This document shows, piece by piece, positions 17,853 to 27,373 of a stretch of DNA of 64,000 nt. The position numbers and the translations under genes are program-made. The stretch is from Acidobacteriota bacterium (GTDB lineage: Bacteria > Acidobacteriota > DATKUA01 > JAFGBY01), in NCBI GenBank assembly GCA_016932915.1, contig JAFGBY010000030.1, forward strand, positions 9,671-73,670, read 5' to 3'. The notes beneath the pieces were generated by a model. The model was not told where the DNA came from, made no database searches, and saw nothing but the letters and a program-made list of their open reading frames with translations. Position 1 is the stretch's first letter, and each line of letters begins with the position of its first letter.

Positions 17853-20447
17853 ATGAAATCTAAAAATCAAAAACAGATAGCGATAATCCTATTTCTATTA
17901 TCAGGTCTTGTCAGTCTTGTATTCCAGGTAGTATGGCTCAAAATGCTTGTACTGGTATTTGGAAACACTGTGTGGGCTGTAACAACACTACTGACCGCCT
18001 TCATGTCCGGTTTGGCCCTGGGAAGTTGGGTATTCGGTAAAATAGCCGATAGAGTCGAATCTCCGCTAAGGTTATATGGAATTATCGAATCGATAATCGG
18101 TTTAATCGGATTGCTGACACCAATAATATTCAGCAATCTTGATGTAATATACAGGCCACTATATAGACTACTCGGTGGAGATAATCTTCTTCTCGGAGCT
18201 ATTAAATTCATTATAGCCTTCATTGTCCTTTTAATACCTACCTCAATGATGGGAGGTACACTGCCTCTTCTCGCTAAAAAATTTACCGAAGATATTAAAA
18301 ATGCCGGTTCGAATATTGGAACCTTATATACAGTTAATACTTTTGGAGCAGTAATCGGCACTCTGCTTGCTGGATTTGTATTCATCCCGTTCCTGGGCGT
18401 GAAGCTTACTATACTGTTAGCATCACTGATCAATTTTACAATACTTGCCGGTGTCCTGTTTGTAACCAGGGGGGAATCATGCAAATTTGAAACTGCAGGA
18501 TTGTTGAAAACAACTAATAAAATTAAAACCAGTAACAACTTTATATTATGGATTTATTTTGCTTGTGGTTTTGCCGCTTTGTCATACGAGGTACTTTGGA
18601 ACCGAATACTTGTGCTTCACATTGGAAGTAATGTATATGCATACAGTGTCATGCTGGCTGTTTACCTTTTAGGCATCACCCTGGGAGCAGGTTTGATGAG
18701 CTATTTCATCAAGCGGATTAAAAATCCTATCGCATTCCTTTCTATTATCCAGGTTCTTTTATTCCTAGATGTGATATTCCAGATTAAACAATTCTCAAAT
18801 CTCTCTCATACTATAAGAAATATGGGATCACTGATCGGAAGTGGAGGCTATTTCCAATATACAACATCACTGTTTTTCAGTACGTTGCAGATATTGATAA
18901 TCCCTACATTGCTTTTCGGGGCTTCTTTCCCGCTTGCGGTAAAGATTTTTATCAGCGACAAGAAAAACCTTGGTAAAGATACCGGTATGTTATACGCTTT
19001 CAACACAATCGGTACGATATTCGGATCATTCTGCGCTGGATTTGTTTTAATCCCTATATTCGGGGCTCAGTTATCACTTATAATCACAGGGGCATTAAAC
19101 TTCATGATAGCCATATACCTTTTACTCAAATCCGGTAAAATGTTAAAAATCCTGGTTTATGCCTCATCTGTTGCACTCGTGCTTTTTATCACCCTCAATA
19201 TCTTAATTGTTAAAAAAGATGAAGCGTTATTGAATGCGCAGATTTTCAGCGAAGATGAAAACCGCCAGAGGGTTGAAATCCTGAATTTCTCTGAGGATAT
19301 CTATGCTACTGTGACAGTTGAAGAACGGGAAGATGTGAGCGGTGTATGGAAATCGCTCAGCATGAACGGAGTTAATGTCGCCGGTACTTCCTGTGAACTG
19401 TTCACCATACAAAAGCTCCAGGGACATCTACCTTTGCTGCTTCATAAAAATCCAAAATCCGTTCTACATATCGGTTTCGGTAGTGGAGGTACTGCATGGG
19501 CAGTCTCACGTTACCCGGTGGAAAAAATTACCATTGCCGAAATAAGCCGTAGCATAATTGAGAAATCATCAGAATACTTCCAGGATGTTAACCATGGAGT
19601 ACTGAAAGATCCAAGGTTGGATATACATTTTACTGATGGAAGAAACTTTGTTCTCGCTACAGATGAAAAATTCGATGTGATTCTCTCTGATTCAATTCAT
19701 CCGAGATTCAGTGGCAACGGAAGTTTGTATACATACGATTATTATAAATTATTGAGAGACCGCCTAAAACCGGGCGGAGTCGTTTCTCAGTGGCTACCTT
19801 TTTACAGCCTAACAAACCGAAACTTTAAGATGATTATCAAGGCTTTCTATGATGTATTCCCCAACACGACAATCTGGTATACCAACTCTACATTGAATTC
19901 ATATGTGATTGTCACCGGCTCGCTGGATAACGATAAAATTGATTTCAATAACATTGCGGAAAAGCTGAAGATTGACTCTGTAAGAGCTGATCTTGCGGAA
20001 ATAGACACCGAAACGCCATACAAAATATTGGATTATTACATGTTCTCTAACAAGAGAGTCGGTGAATTCCTTAAAGATGTTCCCCCGCATACCGATAATA
20101 ATATGGCTGTCGAATACGAATCCGGGAGGCAGATCAAAAGGTTGATCACAACGATAGAGAATTTTCATTCAATACTCCAGTTCAGAACAGATATTGTACC
20201 GTATCTTGAAAATATCCAAACTGAAGGCCGCTCCAAGTGGGAGATCATTGATATTATACACAAATATCAAAGGGCGACAGAGTTGAACCTGAAGGGGCAG
20301 ATGTTGTTTTACCTCGGAAACAGAGACCAGGCGTTTGGCGAATTTGAGAAGATCCCGTTCCTGAACCCGGATGATCTTGAGCCTGTGGAATACTTCGGAG
20401 CAAAATACCAAAAGCCGTTTCTTACGAAGGCAAGACTTCCAGAATGA
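17853..20447 (+). CDS. Fused MFS-like transporter/spermidine-synthase-like (class I SAM-fold) protein with a C-terminal TPR-like extension
   Basis: N-terminal ~12 TM helices. A spermidine synthase-like core follows (LHIGFGSGGTAWAVSRYP...ITIAEISRSIIE...DPRLDIHFTDGRNFV...FDVILSDSIHP). SD taaggag upstream. Confidence 0.6.
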   Translation: MKSKNQKQIAIILFLLSGLVSLVFQVVWLKMLVLVFGNTVWAVTTLLTAFMSGLALGSWVFGKIADRVESPLRLYGIIESIIGLIGLLTPIIFSNLDVIYRPLYRLLGGDNLLLGAIKFIIAFIVLLIPTSMMGGTLPLLAKKFTEDIKNAGSNIGTLYTVNTFGAVIGTLLAGFVFIPFLGVKLTILLASLINFTILAGVLFVTRGESCKFETAGLLKTTNKIKTSNNFILWIYFACGFAALSYEVLWNRILVLHIGSNVYAYSVMLAVYLLGITLGAGLMSYFIKRIKNPIAFLSIIQVLLFLDVIFQIKQFSNLSHTIRNMGSLIGSGGYFQYTTSLFFSTLQILIIPTLLFGASFPLAVKIFISDKKNLGKDTGMLYAFNTIGTIFGSFCAGFVLIPIFGAQLSLIITGALNFMIAIYLLLKSGKMLKILVYASSVALVLFITLNILIVKKDEALLNAQIFSEDENRQRVEILNFSEDIYATVTVEEREDVSGVWKSLSMNGVNVAGTSCELFTIQKLQGHLPLLLHKNPKSVLHIGFGSGGTAWAVSRYPVEKITIAEISRSIIEKSSEYFQDVNHGVLKDPRLDIHFTDGRNFVLATDEKFDVILSDSIHPRFSGNGSLYTYDYYKLLRDRLKPGGVVSQWLPFYSLTNRNFKMIIKAFYDVFPNTTIWYTNSTLNSYVIVTGSLDNDKIDFNNIAEKLKIDSVRADLAEIDTETPYKILDYYMFSNKRVGEFLKDVPPHTDNNMAVEYESGRQIKRLITTIENFHSILQFRTDIVPYLENIQTEGRSKWEIIDIIHKYQRATELNLKGQMLFYLGNRDQAFGEFEKIPFLNPDDLEPVEYFGAKYQKPFLTKARLPE

Positions 20448-20501
20448 TTTAAGATAGATCAAGAAAAACCGGTTTTTTTTATTTTTACCGCCGCGAATAT
20501 C

Positions 20502-20529
20502 TTGACAAATAAAAGGACATCGTTAATAT
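20502..20529 (+). promoter_or_regulatory. Sigma70-type promoter for tRNA-Gly (TTGACA - 16 nt - TAATAT)
   Basis: -35 TTGACA at 20502-20507 and -10 TAATAT at 20524-20529, ~14 nt before the tRNA 5' end. Confidence 0.5.
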
Positions 20530-20542
20530 AGACACCTGCTGA

Positions 20543-20617
<75 letters not shown>

Positions 20618-20622
20618 TTTTT

Positions 20623-21669
20623 TTAGATATCATCCAGCGAAACATCAATCCTCTTACCATCCTGTGCAAGTAAAATATTGTAAGGCTTTCTGTCCGAATC
20701 TGCTTTGAACTTGAACTCTATTTCGGGATATTCTTTCTGAAAATATTCTCTATTCCTTCCTTTAAGCCCAATAACCAGGGATTGGTCTTTAACCGGGAAA
20801 TGTATCTCAATATTATCTGAAGCTTTATCAATCCGTTTTATTCCCTCGATTAACATCCGGCGATATATCTCACCTTTTACCAGCTGACCGAATGAGGAGT
20901 GCCACGGCCCCGCAACAACCACTCCCTCTCCCTGCAATGCGACTGAAGACTGAAGACCTACCCTGATTACTTTCAGATTATGCTTTTCAGCATCGATCAA
21001 CAAATCAGCACATATAGAGACCGCCTCCTCAAGGACCAGCGGAGAAAATTTGTTCCCGAGATACATTCTATGGAGTTCAGTATCACGAAGGACGATTGTT
21101 GGATGAATTCTGAGTAAATCCGGACTTAGATCGATTACTTTGCTCCAAGATTCCTTTCGAATAGATTCCGTTTCACCTGGCAGGCCAACCATTAGCTGAA
21201 TGCCAGCTTTAATACCATGTGCTTTAATCAATTCCACTGCATTGAGTATATCGTTTGTAGTATGGCCACGGTTCAAAACCTTCAGGATTTCATCATTGAG
21301 AATCTGGGCACCAAGCTCAATCGTGCCCACCTTATACCTCTTCAATACATCCAGGATTTCATTGGAAATAAAGTCGGGACGTGTCGATATCCTTATCTCA
21401 TCTACTTTCCCATTACTTATAAACTCATATACCGCCTCTAGGTAGAATTTTTGAGTCTCTTGAGGTAAAACAGTGAAACTCCCTCCATAGAATGCTATTT
21501 GAATCGTATCGGTACTGTCTCTATTGATGGTCACTAATGATTCTTCGATTTGATGACGGACTTCCTCTATCGAAAGCATATCCACCTTTCCCACTGTATC
21601 TGCTTGATCACAGAAGATACATTTAAAGGGACAGGTTTCCTGCGGAAGAAAAATAGGAATGATAGGCAT
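20623..21669 (-). CDS. Radical SAM protein, ELP3-like radical-SAM domain only (no acetyltransferase domain)
   Basis: N-terminal IIPIFLPQETCPFKCIFCDQ (Cx3Cx2C) resembles the ELP3-family start. TIM-barrel-like remainder (IRISTRPDFISNEILDVLKRYKVGTIELGAQILNDEILKVLNRGHT). 348 aa. Confidence 0.55.
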   Translation of the reverse strand: MPIIPIFLPQETCPFKCIFCDQADTVGKVDMLSIEEVRHQIEESLVTINRDSTDTIQIAFYGGSFTVLPQETQKFYLEAVYEFISNGKVDEIRISTRPDFISNEILDVLKRYKVGTIELGAQILNDEILKVLNRGHTTNDILNAVELIKAHGIKAGIQLMVGLPGETESIRKESWSKVIDLSPDLLRIHPTIVLRDTELHRMYLGNKFSPLVLEEAVSICADLLIDAEKHNLKVIRVGLQSSVALQGEGVVVAGPWHSSFGQLVKGEIYRRMLIEGIKRIDKASDNIEIHFPVKDQSLVIGLKGRNREYFQKEYPEIEFKFKADSDRKPYNILLAQDGKRIDVSLDDI

Positions 21670-21670
21670 T

Positions 21671-22447
21671 TTACTTTACAGATTTTTTGAAACGGTCGAG
21701 GTAAGTCCTCATTTTCCAGAGTTTCTTGAACCTCTTCCTGAGAATTTTATAAGCCTTCTGTGCAGCACGTTGCTCTGCCTGCTTCTTGCTCGATCCGCTT
21801 CCCCGGCTTATCACCTCGCCTTTGATCGAAAGCTGAACTATGAATGTCTTGCTATGCTCTGGGCCTTTTGCTCTGAGTACCTGGTAATCCGGCAGCGCCT
21901 GGTATTCTTTTTGTACCATCTGCTGCACTACCGATTTAAAATCATCGAAGACCAGGTCCTCAATATCAATATCATCCAACATCGGTGCCATGCTACCCAG
22001 GATGAATGACTTCGCAGCTTCTATGCCGCCATCCAGGTAAATTGCTGCTATAAGCGCTTCAACACAATCGGCAATCACAGAGATATATTTCTTCGTACGA
22101 GCCCTTTCCTCTGTTGAAAGCAACATCGCTTTTTCAACACGAAGTTTTTTACCTATCTCATACAGCTGGCGTTTGCTCACAATGAAAGATTTCATCTTTG
22201 TGAGCGGGCCCTCCCTGAGTTTGGGAAATTCCGAGAACAGGTACTCACTGACGACAAGCCCAAGGACTGAATCACCAAGGAATTCAAGGCGTTCGTTATG
22301 CCTTCTTTTAGCCGGAGTGGGATTATTTGTATAGTAAGAGCGGTGAGTTAGCGATTTAATAAGGATGCTATCATCCTTAAACCGATACCCCATTCGCTCC
22401 TGGAGTTTAATTATCTCCTTTGTAATTTTTTCCTCAATTACCGGCAT
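21671..22447 (-). CDS. rnc: Ribonuclease III
   Basis: RNase III signature ERLEFLGDSVLGLVVSEYLF, a second catalytic region (ADCVEALIAAIYLDGG), and a C-terminal dsRBD. Confidence 0.9.
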   Translation of the reverse strand: MPVIEEKITKEIIKLQERMGYRFKDDSILIKSLTHRSYYTNNPTPAKRRHNERLEFLGDSVLGLVVSEYLFSEFPKLREGPLTKMKSFIVSKRQLYEIGKKLRVEKAMLLSTEERARTKKYISVIADCVEALIAAIYLDGGIEAAKSFILGSMAPMLDDIDIEDLVFDDFKSVVQQMVQKEYQALPDYQVLRAKGPEHSKTFIVQLSIKGEVISRGSGSSKKQAEQRAAQKAYKILRKRFKKLWKMRTYLDRFKKSVK

Positions 22448-23161
22448 TTAATCCTCTAATAGTCTTCTGACTGCTTCCTTCTTGTCTTTTGCCTTGGTCA
22501 CTGGCCTTCCAACAACGATATAATCGGAACCATCTTCAATAGCTTTCCTCGGCGTAACAATTCTTTTCTGGTCATCTGCAGCTGCCCAAAGCGGCCTGAT
22601 ACCGGGAGTTACTGTAATAAAACCCTTACCACATTCTTCTTTAACAATTTTGACTTCACCAGCCGAAGCGACTACACCATCCAGACCAGAGGCTTTGGCA
22701 AGTTTGCAGAACAATCTTACCTGTTCTTCGGCAGAATTTCTATATCCAATTTCATTTAAGTCCTCGGAACTGAGTGAAGTAAGAACCGTGACACCAAGTA
22801 TAATAGGTTTCGGGATTGAATTCTCCTCACAGAAAGATTTTACTTTATCTGCTGTCGTCTCCATCATAGCTCTGCCACCGCTCACATGGATATTGAACAT
22901 ATCGACGCCAAGTCTGGCAGCTTCAATACCTGCTGAAGCGACTGTGTTCGGAATATCATGGAATTTAAGATCAAGAAAGACCTTGAATCCCATCTTCAGC
23001 AGTTCCCTTACAAAATCTGGCCCGGCAGCAGTAAAAAGCTGCTTTCCAACTTTCAGGTAATCGACAACTCCTTCAAGTTCTTTTACTGTCTCCAGGGCTT
23101 CCGCTGCGTTTGGAAAATCCAATGGCACAATCAAATGTTTCTTTATATCAATATCCTGCAT
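22448..23161 (-). CDS. pyrF: Orotidine-5'-phosphate decarboxylase
   Basis: LVPLDFP...LKVGKQLF...FLDLKFHDIPNTV motifs typical of PyrF. Confidence 0.85.
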   Translation of the reverse strand: MQDIDIKKHLIVPLDFPNAAEALETVKELEGVVDYLKVGKQLFTAAGPDFVRELLKMGFKVFLDLKFHDIPNTVASAGIEAARLGVDMFNIHVSGGRAMMETTADKVKSFCEENSIPKPIILGVTVLTSLSSEDLNEIGYRNSAEEQVRLFCKLAKASGLDGVVASAGEVKIVKEECGKGFITVTPGIRPLWAAADDQKRIVTPRKAIEDGSDYIVVGRPVTKAKDKKEAVRRLLED

Positions 23162-23162
23162 A

Positions 23163-23594
23163 TTATTCCTCTTTCAATATATAAATCTTAACTGTCGCTG
23201 TGCCGCTGACAATCATATCCAGCGCTTTCGCCGCGGCATATGAAAGATCAAGTATCCTTCCCTTAATAAACGGGCCTCGATCATTTACACGCACTTTTAC
23301 TTCTTTTCCATTATCCTGGTTCACTACAAGCAACATAGTGTTAAATGGCAATGTCCTGTGTGCGGCTGTGTAAGCATACATGTTATATGTTTCACCATTC
23401 GCCGTTTGCCTGCCATGGAATTCATCCCCATACCAGGATGCTATTCCTTCCTGTTCCCAGTCACTGTTTACAGAATAATTATTTGGATCGGGTAAATCCC
23501 TATCATATACACGGACCACGCAAGAAGTAAAAAAGAAAATAGAAACCAGTAAAAATACAGCCGTCTTTATATAATCAGTGTTATTAAAAATCAT
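23163..23594 (-). CDS. rlpA: RlpA-like double-psi beta-barrel (septal ring lytic transglycosylase family) protein
   Basis: [41 protein letters not shown]...[11 protein letters not shown], the DPBB/RlpA signature. N-terminal signal/TM. Confidence 0.7.
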   Translation of the reverse strand: MIFNNTDYIKTAVFLLVSIFFFTSCVVRVYDRDLPDPNNYSVNSDWEQEGIASWYGDEFHGRQTANGETYNMYAYTAAHRTLPFNTMLLVVNQDNGKEVKVRVNDRGPFIKGRILDLSYAAAKALDMIVSGTATVKIYILKEE

Positions 23595-24511
23595 ACCCTA
23601 ATAGAACCAATTAACTCTTTAATATCTTCTATACCCTCATCAAGACAGAATTGTTCGATGCCTTCTATTATATCCTCAAATACATGTGGATTGATAAAAC
23701 CGGCAGTACCCACCTGCACTGCTGATGCTCCCGCAATAATGAATTCAAGCGCATCCATTGCGGTCATGATCCCGCCAATTCCTACAATCGGTATATTAAC
23801 AGCTTTCGCTGCCTGGTAGACCATCCTGACCGCAATCGGTTTTATTGCGGGTCCGGATAGACCGCCAATTACATTAGCAACACGGGGTTTGCGCCTCTTT
23901 ACATCAATTGCCATCGCAGGGATAGAGTTGATGAGCGATATTGCATCCGCACCTGAATCTTGAACCGCTTTTGCCATTACTCCGATATTGGAAGCGCTGG
24001 GTGATAACTTCACCCAGAGATCCTTCCCTGTGGCTTTTCGAACGAGAGCTGTCATTTCTCCAGCTACTACGGGATCGACTCCGAACTCAATACCGCCTTT
24101 TTTTATATTCGGGCATGAGATATTCAGTTCGAGGACATCCAGTTCTTGAATCGAATCCATTCGTTCGGCAATCTCTATATATTCCTTTATGTCACGTCCC
24201 CAGATGTTCGCTATAATCTTCGAATCTATCTTTTTTAAAGGAGGTACTTTATCCTTCAGGAAAATATCAATCCCCACATTTTGAAGCCCGATGGCATTTA
24301 TCATCCCGGCTGTGGTTTCATAAATCCTTGGAGATGGATTTCCTTCCACCCTGGCCACCGATACACCTTTTAGCACTACACCGCCGAGGATTGCAGGATT
24401 AAAGAAATCCCCAAACTCCGTACCATAACCGAATGTACCACTTGCAGACATGACTGGATTCTTATAAGTATGGTTCGCTATTTTTACTGACAGGTCAACC
24501 TTACTCACCAT
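23591..24511 (-). CDS. pyrD: Dihydroorotate dehydrogenase, class 1B catalytic subunit
   Basis: DHOD fold motifs ([13 protein letters not shown]; NISCPN; [16 protein letters not shown]; GIGGI). Confidence 0.85.
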   Translation of the reverse strand: MVSKVDLSVKIANHTYKNPVMSASGTFGYGTEFGDFFNPAILGGVVLKGVSVARVEGNPSPRIYETTAGMINAIGLQNVGIDIFLKDKVPPLKKIDSKIIANIWGRDIKEYIEIAERMDSIQELDVLELNISCPNIKKGGIEFGVDPVVAGEMTALVRKATGKDLWVKLSPSASNIGVMAKAVQDSGADAISLINSIPAMAIDVKRRKPRVANVIGGLSGPAIKPIAVRMVYQAAKAVNIPIVGIGGIMTAMDALEFIIAGASAVQVGTAGFINPHVFEDIIEGIEQFCLDEGIEDIKELIGSIRV

Positions 24512-25341
24512 ACCACCTCGCCCCCAAAAAATACCGGCCCTTCTTTACAAACCCTGCGCTGATAAACTCCGTCCTCTTCTTTAATCGCAATATTGCATCC
24601 CAGGCACACACCGAAGCCGCAAGCCATCCGTTTATCGAATGAAAGCTGAGGATCGATGCCTTTCTGCAAAGCAATATCGGATACAGCTCGCAGCATTCCC
24701 TCTGGGCCGCAAGCCAGGATAGCCGAATTATCAGTTATCTCATCCGCCAACCCCTTAGTTACAAATCCCTTGCTCCCTTGTGAGCCGTCCTCTGTATAGA
24801 GTTTTATATCAATGCCAAGTTTTTCAAACTTATCCGTAAATACAAGGTCATTTGCTCCTGCGCCACCGAAAAGTAATGTAACATCCTTTTTTCCGGCTAG
24901 TTCCATCGCCGGTATATAAAGCGGTGTTATCCCGATGCCGCCCGCAACAAGGATAACCTTCTCTGCACTATTCAGCAAATCCATTTTCCATCCGTTACCC
25001 AGCGGTCCTACGCACCCCAGGACATTTCCTTTTGTCAATTCACTCATCAACCTGGTGCCTTTTCCGATGACAACATATCCTATATTAAATCTGCATGACT
25101 TACCTGATTCTTCAAGAACCTGGAAAAGCCCCATCGGACGCGGAAGAAGGGGGTCAAGCCTGCCGGGAAAGGAAAGCATAACAAAAGCCCCCGGAAACAT
25201 TTTAGGGATAGGGGCCTCGGTTTCGAGCTCTAATAAATAGTAATTATCTTTAATCTGCCTGTTCTCATTAACATGCGCTTTAACCGATTCAATCTTATTC
25301 ATACTCTGGATTATAACAGAATCCTTATTCGTGGCAAACAT
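24505..25341 (-). CDS. pyrK: Dihydroorotate dehydrogenase electron-transfer subunit (FAD/[2Fe-2S])
   Basis: C-terminal MACGFGVCLGCNIAIKEEDGVYQRRVCKEGPVF cysteine cluster. FAD/NAD-binding ferredoxin reductase-like N-terminus. Overlaps pyrD by 7 nt. Confidence 0.8.
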   Translation of the reverse strand: MFATNKDSVIIQSMNKIESVKAHVNENRQIKDNYYLLELETEAPIPKMFPGAFVMLSFPGRLDPLLPRPMGLFQVLEESGKSCRFNIGYVVIGKGTRLMSELTKGNVLGCVGPLGNGWKMDLLNSAEKVILVAGGIGITPLYIPAMELAGKKDVTLLFGGAGANDLVFTDKFEKLGIDIKLYTEDGSQGSKGFVTKGLADEITDNSAILACGPEGMLRAVSDIALQKGIDPQLSFDKRMACGFGVCLGCNIAIKEEDGVYQRRVCKEGPVFFGGEVVW

Positions 25342-25352
25342 CCGGCATGATA

Positions 25353-25382
25353 TAAAAAACCGGCCTGTGTATCAGGCCGGCT
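25353..25382 (-). terminator. Rho-independent terminator after the PDO gene (minus strand)
   Basis: gccggcctg-atacac-caggccgg stem with a T7 run on the minus strand (forward aaaaaaccggcctgtgtatcaggccggctt). Confidence 0.7.
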
Positions 25383-25402
25383 TAAATCAATAAAGACAAG
25401 TT

Positions 25403-26047
25403 TTATTGTCTCAGTTCCAATATTTTATCAAGCACCATCGGCAGCGGGGCTGCTCCTTCTATGCTCGAAGCGTTATCGTTTATAACAGTTCTGGGAACTC
25501 CCATTACACCGTACTTCTTTGAAAGTTCAGGAAATTCTGTCGCTTCTACCATGGATGCCTTAATATTCTTATTTTTATATGCAAGCGCAAATGCTGTCAG
25601 CACTCCTTGCGGGCAGTAAGGGCATGTTGGAGTGACAAACACTTGCAGGTCGACATCATAATCAACCTCAGAGATTTTATTCATCAGCTTTTCATCGATC
25701 TCGAGTTTATCGCTCGAGAGCAGGTCTATTGTTTCCATCAATGTAGAGAATTCATAACCGGAAGGGATACCATAGAACTTTATACCAAAATCGCTGCCAT
25801 CGGCATTTTCGATTATTGTTGCGGGCGCCTTATCCACACCAAAGTTTTTAGCTTCATCGCTATCGACATCAAATTTATGGAAACTGATTTTATCGCTTAT
25901 ATCCGATAATTCGGTCAGTAGCTGTTCTGTTTCTGTACAATACTGACAATCCTTATCAGAAGAAAAATATTTAATCTTGATATCTTTATCTAGTGATTCA
26001 AATCTCTCCTTGACGACCTTTACATCGTCATCACTTAATATTTTCAT
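25403..26047 (-). CDS. Two-thioredoxin-fold protein disulfide oxidoreductase/glutaredoxin-like protein (two CxxC sites)
   Basis: CQYC and CPYC motifs (KDCQYCTETEQ; TPTCPYCPQ) in a ~214-aa protein. SD aggag upstream. Confidence 0.6.
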   Translation of the reverse strand: MKILSDDDVKVVKERFESLDKDIKIKYFSSDKDCQYCTETEQLLTELSDISDKISFHKFDVDSDEAKNFGVDKAPATIIENADGSDFGIKFYGIPSGYEFSTLMETIDLLSSDKLEIDEKLMNKISEVDYDVDLQVFVTPTCPYCPQGVLTAFALAYKNKNIKASMVEATEFPELSKKYGVMGVPRTVINDNASSIEGAAPLPMVLDKILELRQ

Positions 26048-26059
26048 CCAAAACTCCTC

Positions 26060-27343
26060 TTATTTTTTTTCAAAGAGTTTAACGATTTTTGGAGAAAAAT
26101 ATTCCTTTTCTATAACAAAGTCAGGCTTAATTTTGAATAGTTTTTCGATATTACTTTTCGCTTCGCTAAGAAGCTTATCATTTAACGCCCCAGTGGAATA
26201 ATATTCTTCAGCCTGGGCTATTGATAGGAACTGATATGCGACAGATAATTTTTTATCAAAATCATTATATGCATTCAGCAGGGTAACTGCTTCTTCATTT
26301 TTTTTAATCGAATCAGAGAGTTCGCCGGTAAAATACAGGGTCATCCCTTCATTTATATATTGAATAGCCAGGGTGTATTCTATGTCCTTCAGTCGGCGCA
26401 AAACAGTCGTGTTTTCCGGTTCAATCTGCTTTGCAGCGATAAATTTCATCCTAGCATCTTCAAATTTTTCTTCCCGGTAAAGCCTGCTGCCTTCACTTAT
26501 TACTGCTTCAACTCCCAAATCTGATTTTGCAGGCGATGTAGTGGAAGATACTGTCGTTCTGGTTTCACTCGCTACTGAAGCCTTGGCTTTAGCATCCTGG
26601 ATATTTTTTAACAACGCCTTAGCAGGGTTATTATCAGGTTCAAGCGTAAGTACATCTTGAACGGAAGTTTCCGCATTATTATAATCACCGTCGTTATAAT
26701 ACTTCCTTGCTTGTGTGAACAATTCAACAGAACGTTTTTTATTGCCACTCCGGACTATCTTCTGATTAACCGAAGGAAGCAAAGCTGCTTCTTCCCCGGT
26801 TTCCTCAATCAAATCCTTAGCCTTTTTATATTCCTCTAAAGCAAGGTTGTAGTTTCTATTCTCAAAAAAATTGTCTCCGCTTTTAATATGAGCAAGAATC
26901 AAAGGAGATTTACTTGAAGCTTTAGGAGTTGTATCGGGTTCAGTTTTTTTAACCGACGGGTTCAATTTTTCTTCACAAGTGCTGAGCATCGTATTTAATT
27001 TTGAATAGAGATCAGATTTTTGACGAATAATTGTATATTGCTTTGATCTCTCAAAGTATGACTTTGCCTTGGTAAAATCCCCTTTATAATAATAAGCATA
27101 ACCGAGATGATAATAAGGAAGGTAATCGATAAACCTTAAGCCCACAGTTCGAGCATTCATCTTAGGATCTGATTTTTCCAGAATCACCAACTCAAGGTTT
27201 TTAATTGCGCTGTCCCAGTTTCCGTTTTTAATATCATCGAGGGCATTCTCATAGTAGTTATACCATTTCTCAGCAAAAACTAGACTTGACAGGAATAAGA
27301 CCGCAATTATAAAAACCAAAGTAATTTTTCGATAACTTATCAT
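26060..27343 (-). CDS. Secreted TPR-repeat protein. Paralogue of 39207-40691. Start re-assigned to the ATG at 27343.
   Basis: Signal peptide (ITLVFIIAVLFLSSLVFA). N-terminal block FAEKWYNYYENALDDIKNGNW...FIDYLPYYHLGYAYYY shared with the 39207 gene. Multiple TPRs. The track start at 27364 is a TTG. Confidence 0.6.
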   Translation of the reverse strand: MISYRKITLVFIIAVLFLSSLVFAEKWYNYYENALDDIKNGNWDSAIKNLELVILEKSDPKMNARTVGLRFIDYLPYYHLGYAYYYKGDFTKAKSYFERSKQYTIIRQKSDLYSKLNTMLSTCEEKLNPSVKKTEPDTTPKASSKSPLILAHIKSGDNFFENRNYNLALEEYKKAKDLIEETGEEAALLPSVNQKIVRSGNKKRSVELFTQARKYYNDGDYNNAETSVQDVLTLEPDNNPAKALLKNIQDAKAKASVASETRTTVSSTTSPAKSDLGVEAVISEGSRLYREEKFEDARMKFIAAKQIEPENTTVLRRLKDIEYTLAIQYINEGMTLYFTGELSDSIKKNEEAVTLLNAYNDFDKKLSVAYQFLSIAQAEEYYSTGALNDKLLSEAKSNIEKLFKIKPDFVIEKEYFSPKIVKLFEKK

Positions 27344-27373
27344 TGTTTCACTCGTTTTAATCAATTAAAGTAC

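Noticed and set aside
17867-18538. 223-aa minus-strand ORF
   Set aside because: It lies entirely inside, and antisense to, the fused MFS-spermidine-synthase gene. It is a Ser/Pro/Asn-rich shadow frame.
20461-20490. AAAAACCGGTTTTTTTT palindrome after the MFS-spermidine-synthase gene as an intrinsic terminator
   Set aside because: The stem is almost entirely A/T with a 4-bp GC core. It is a plausible weak terminator but too weak to list as a feature.
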